Positions 36,211-38,280 of a stretch of 38,280 nt of DNA are shown here, piece by piece. The stretch is from Syntrophaceticus sp. Its GTDB lineage: Bacteria; Bacillota; DSM-12270; Thermacetogeniales; Thermacetogeniaceae. How positions within the stretch are numbered: position 1 is the first letter of the stretch; each line of letters starts with the position of its first letter. The position numbers and the translations under genes were made by a program. Where the stretch lies: NCBI GenBank assembly GCA_049656845.1, contig JBASML010000225.1, positions 1 to 38,280 of the forward strand. The letters are read 5' to 3'. The notes below the pieces were generated by a model. That model did no database searches. It saw nothing but the letters and a program-made list of their open reading frames with translations, and was not told the DNA's origin.

Positions 36211-37301
36211 AAATTACATACCCTCATATGGGGCATCTTTATATAGCAATTAGGGCACTCCTGACAAGCCTTGGGCTGGAATTGATTTTGCCACCACCCA
36301 CCTCCAAGCGCACTATAGAGTTGGGTGTAAGGCATTCCCCTGAGTTTGCTTGTTTTCCCTTTAAATTAAATATGGGTAACTATATAGAAGCACATGAACT
36401 CGGTGCTGATACAATTTTAATGGCTGGTGGGGTAGGCCCCTGCCGTTTTGGTTACTATGCCCAGGTGCAGCAGCAGATCTTACATGATATTGGTATCGAA
36501 ATGGAGATGATCGTTCTAGAGCCACCGGATGTGAGTTTTCAGGAAGTAAAGGATAAGATCCGCTACTTGATCGGAGATGTTTCCTGGTGGCGGGTGATTA
36601 AAGCCGTAAGGTTTGCTTGGAGTAAAGTCAGAGCAGTGGACACCATGGAAGAAAAACTCCTTTACCTTCGTCCGCGTGTTAAGGAGCAGTATAAACTGGA
36701 AAGCTATTTTAGGGATGCCCTACAGGAAATCGATGCTGCTACTAATCGCAAGACAGTTCAAAAGATAGAGAGCGGCTTTCTAAAAAAATCCGCAATGATA
36801 CCCCAATACTCCAGTGAGCCGCTGCGTGTCGGTTTGGTGGGCGAGATCTTCACTGTGCTCGAACCCTTGGCCAATTACGACATGGAGAGGCGCCTGGGTT
36901 TTTTAGGTGTGGAGGTGACCAGGAGTATTTGGCTGAGTACCTGGGTCAATGAGCATCTCTTGGGAGGTATCTTGCGGATAAAGCACGAGTGCCTTCATGA
37001 TAAGGAATTAGCTGCTCCTTACCTCAATTCATTTGTAGGGGGGCACGGGGAGGAGACAGTTGGTTGTACTGTTGGTTTTGCTCAACGGAACTATGATGGT
37101 GTGATTCAACTGGCCCCCTTAACATGTATGCCTGAGATTGTTGCTCATTCTGTTTTTCCTGCAATCTCTAAGGATTATCAGATCCCTCTGCTCACCTTTT
37201 ATCTGGATGAACTTTCTGGTGAGGCTGGGATTCAGACAAGGCTGGAGGCATTTGTCGATCTGATCACTGCCTATAGTCGAAATAAGGAAGGTGTGTTATA
37301 A
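36207..37301 (+). CDS. CoA-enzyme activase-related / 2-hydroxyacyl-CoA dehydratase-like protein
   Basis: KITYPHMG, SPE.ACFPFK, GG.GPCRFGYY, VGEI, P.TCMPE, DE..GEAG..TRLEAF. Confidence 0.8.
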   Translation: MKITYPHMGHLYIAIRALLTSLGLELILPPPTSKRTIELGVRHSPEFACFPFKLNMGNYIEAHELGADTILMAGGVGPCRFGYYAQVQQQILHDIGIEMEMIVLEPPDVSFQEVKDKIRYLIGDVSWWRVIKAVRFAWSKVRAVDTMEEKLLYLRPRVKEQYKLESYFRDALQEIDAATNRKTVQKIESGFLKKSAMIPQYSSEPLRVGLVGEIFTVLEPLANYDMERRLGFLGVEVTRSIWLSTWVNEHLLGGILRIKHECLHDKELAAPYLNSFVGGHGEETVGCTVGFAQRNYDGVIQLAPLTCMPEIVAHSVFPAISKDYQIPLLTFYLDELSGEAGIQTRLEAFVDLITAYSRNKEGVL

Positions 37302-37303
37302 GG

Positions 37304-38280
37304 GTGGATTTATTTTTGGGAATCGATGTTGGGTCTGTCAGTACTAATCTTGTTTTAATCGACCCAGAGGGAGAACTTTATTTATCACCTCTTTATTTAC
37401 GCACTCAAGGACAGCCTATAGCTGTAGTGCAGCGGGGGTTGGCCTTGATGGATGAGCGGTTGTCCTCCGGGGACCATATTTGTGGTGCCGGCACTACGGG
37501 AAGTGCGCGGTCCCTCGCTGGGGTACTGGTAGGTGCAGATATAGTTAAAAATGAAATAACATCCCATGCTGTTGCTGCACTGCGTGAGGTGCCAGAGGTA
37601 CGAACAATATTGGAGATCGGTGGGCAGGACTCAAAGATCATTGTTCTGAAGAATGGAATTGTGGTTGATTTTGCTATGAACACCGTTTGTGCTGCTGGAA
37701 CCGGTTCTTTTCTGGACCAACAAGCCAATCGCCTCAATCTGTCCATCGAGGATTTTGGTAATATTGCCCTCCAGGCTAAAAATCCTGTGCGGGTTGCTGG
37801 CCGCTGTACTGTTTTTGCTGAATCTGATATGATTCACAAACAGCAGATGGGACATGCATTATCAGATATTGTTGCCGGCCTCTGTGAAGCTCTGGTACGC
37901 AACTATCTTAATAATATTGGCAAAGGCATGGACATCAATCCTCCGGTGGTCTTTCAGGGTGGAGTGGCTGCTAATGCCGGAATGCGGGCGGCTTTCCAGA
38001 AAGCCCTACAGACAGATATTATTATTCCCCAGCACTTTGATGTTATGGGAGCGTATGGAGTTGCCTTGTTGGCCCGGGACCATATTATTGAACATGGTGG
38101 CAAGACGAAGTTTCGTGGTTTTGGGATCACATCTGTAGAATTTCAAAACAACAGCTTTATCTGTCAGGGGTGTCCGAATGCCTGTGAGATCATCGAAATC
38201 AAGCAGAAGAAAGATGTACTTGCCAGGTGGGGAGACCGCTGTGGACGCTGGTCGGTTGTAGAATCAGAAGCTGCTTTAAC
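37304..38280 (+). CDS. 2-hydroxyacyl-CoA dehydratase activator-type ATPase (HgdC/BcrAD/BadFG family), 3' end outside window; not in the ORF track
   Basis: GTG start, MDLFLGIDVGSVSTN, TTGS.R, EIGGQDSK, MN.VCAAGTGSFLDQQ, RCTVFAESD, FQGGVA.N, C-terminal CQGCPNAC...GDRC. Confidence 0.9.
   Translation, partial: MDLFLGIDVGSVSTNLVLIDPEGELYLSPLYLRTQGQPIAVVQRGLALMDERLSSGDHICGAGTTGSARSLAGVLVGADIVKNEITSHAVAALREVPEVRTILEIGGQDSKIIVLKNGIVVDFAMNTVCAAGTGSFLDQQANRLNLSIEDFGNIALQAKNPVRVAGRCTVFAESDMIHKQQMGHALSDIVAGLCEALVRNYLNNIGKGMDINPPVVFQGGVAANAGMRAAFQKALQTDIIIPQHFDVMGAYGVALLARDHIIEHGGKTKFRGFGITSVEFQNNSFICQGCPNACEIIEIKQKKDVLARWGDRCGRWSVVESEAAL

Noticed and set aside
27..38138. Numerous short alternative-frame and antisense ORFs in the ORF track
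   Set aside because: They overlap well-supported + strand genes and show no recognisable motifs

Overview
Core-genome segment (all genes on the + strand) of an endospore-forming, probably anaerobic Firmicute (Clostridia). A Peptococcaceae/Thermacetogeniaceae-like placement is only an impression from gene order. Gene order: accC(partial)-asp23-amaP-DUF2273-nusB-folD-folD-xseA-xseB-ispA-[OLE RNA]-oapA-dxs-tlyA-nadK-argR-recN-spoIVB-spo0A-steA-steB-GT2-GT4-M20 peptidase-DUF3866-NUDIX-EndoQ-ComB-like-spoIIM-small membrane protein-xerD-deoB-pdp-dacF-spoIIAA-spoIIAB-sigF-dodecin-spoVAC-spoVAD-spoVAE-three CoA-activase-related genes (last one partial). Main points: (1) a complete ~590-nt OLE ncRNA with its own promoter and the partner gene oapA, invisible in the ORF track; (2) two tandem FolD paralogs with reciprocal active-site degeneration, suggesting one dehydrogenase-only and one cyclohydrolase-only enzyme, with a perfect 18-bp palindrome over a sigma-H-like promoter upstream; (3) three genes (xseA, spoIVB, steB) whose family-typical N-termini need ATT/CTG start codons; (4) dispersed intergenic AACCACY heptamer arrays with REP-like hairpins. 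All calls come from reading the sequence and recalled family motifs; no searches were run.
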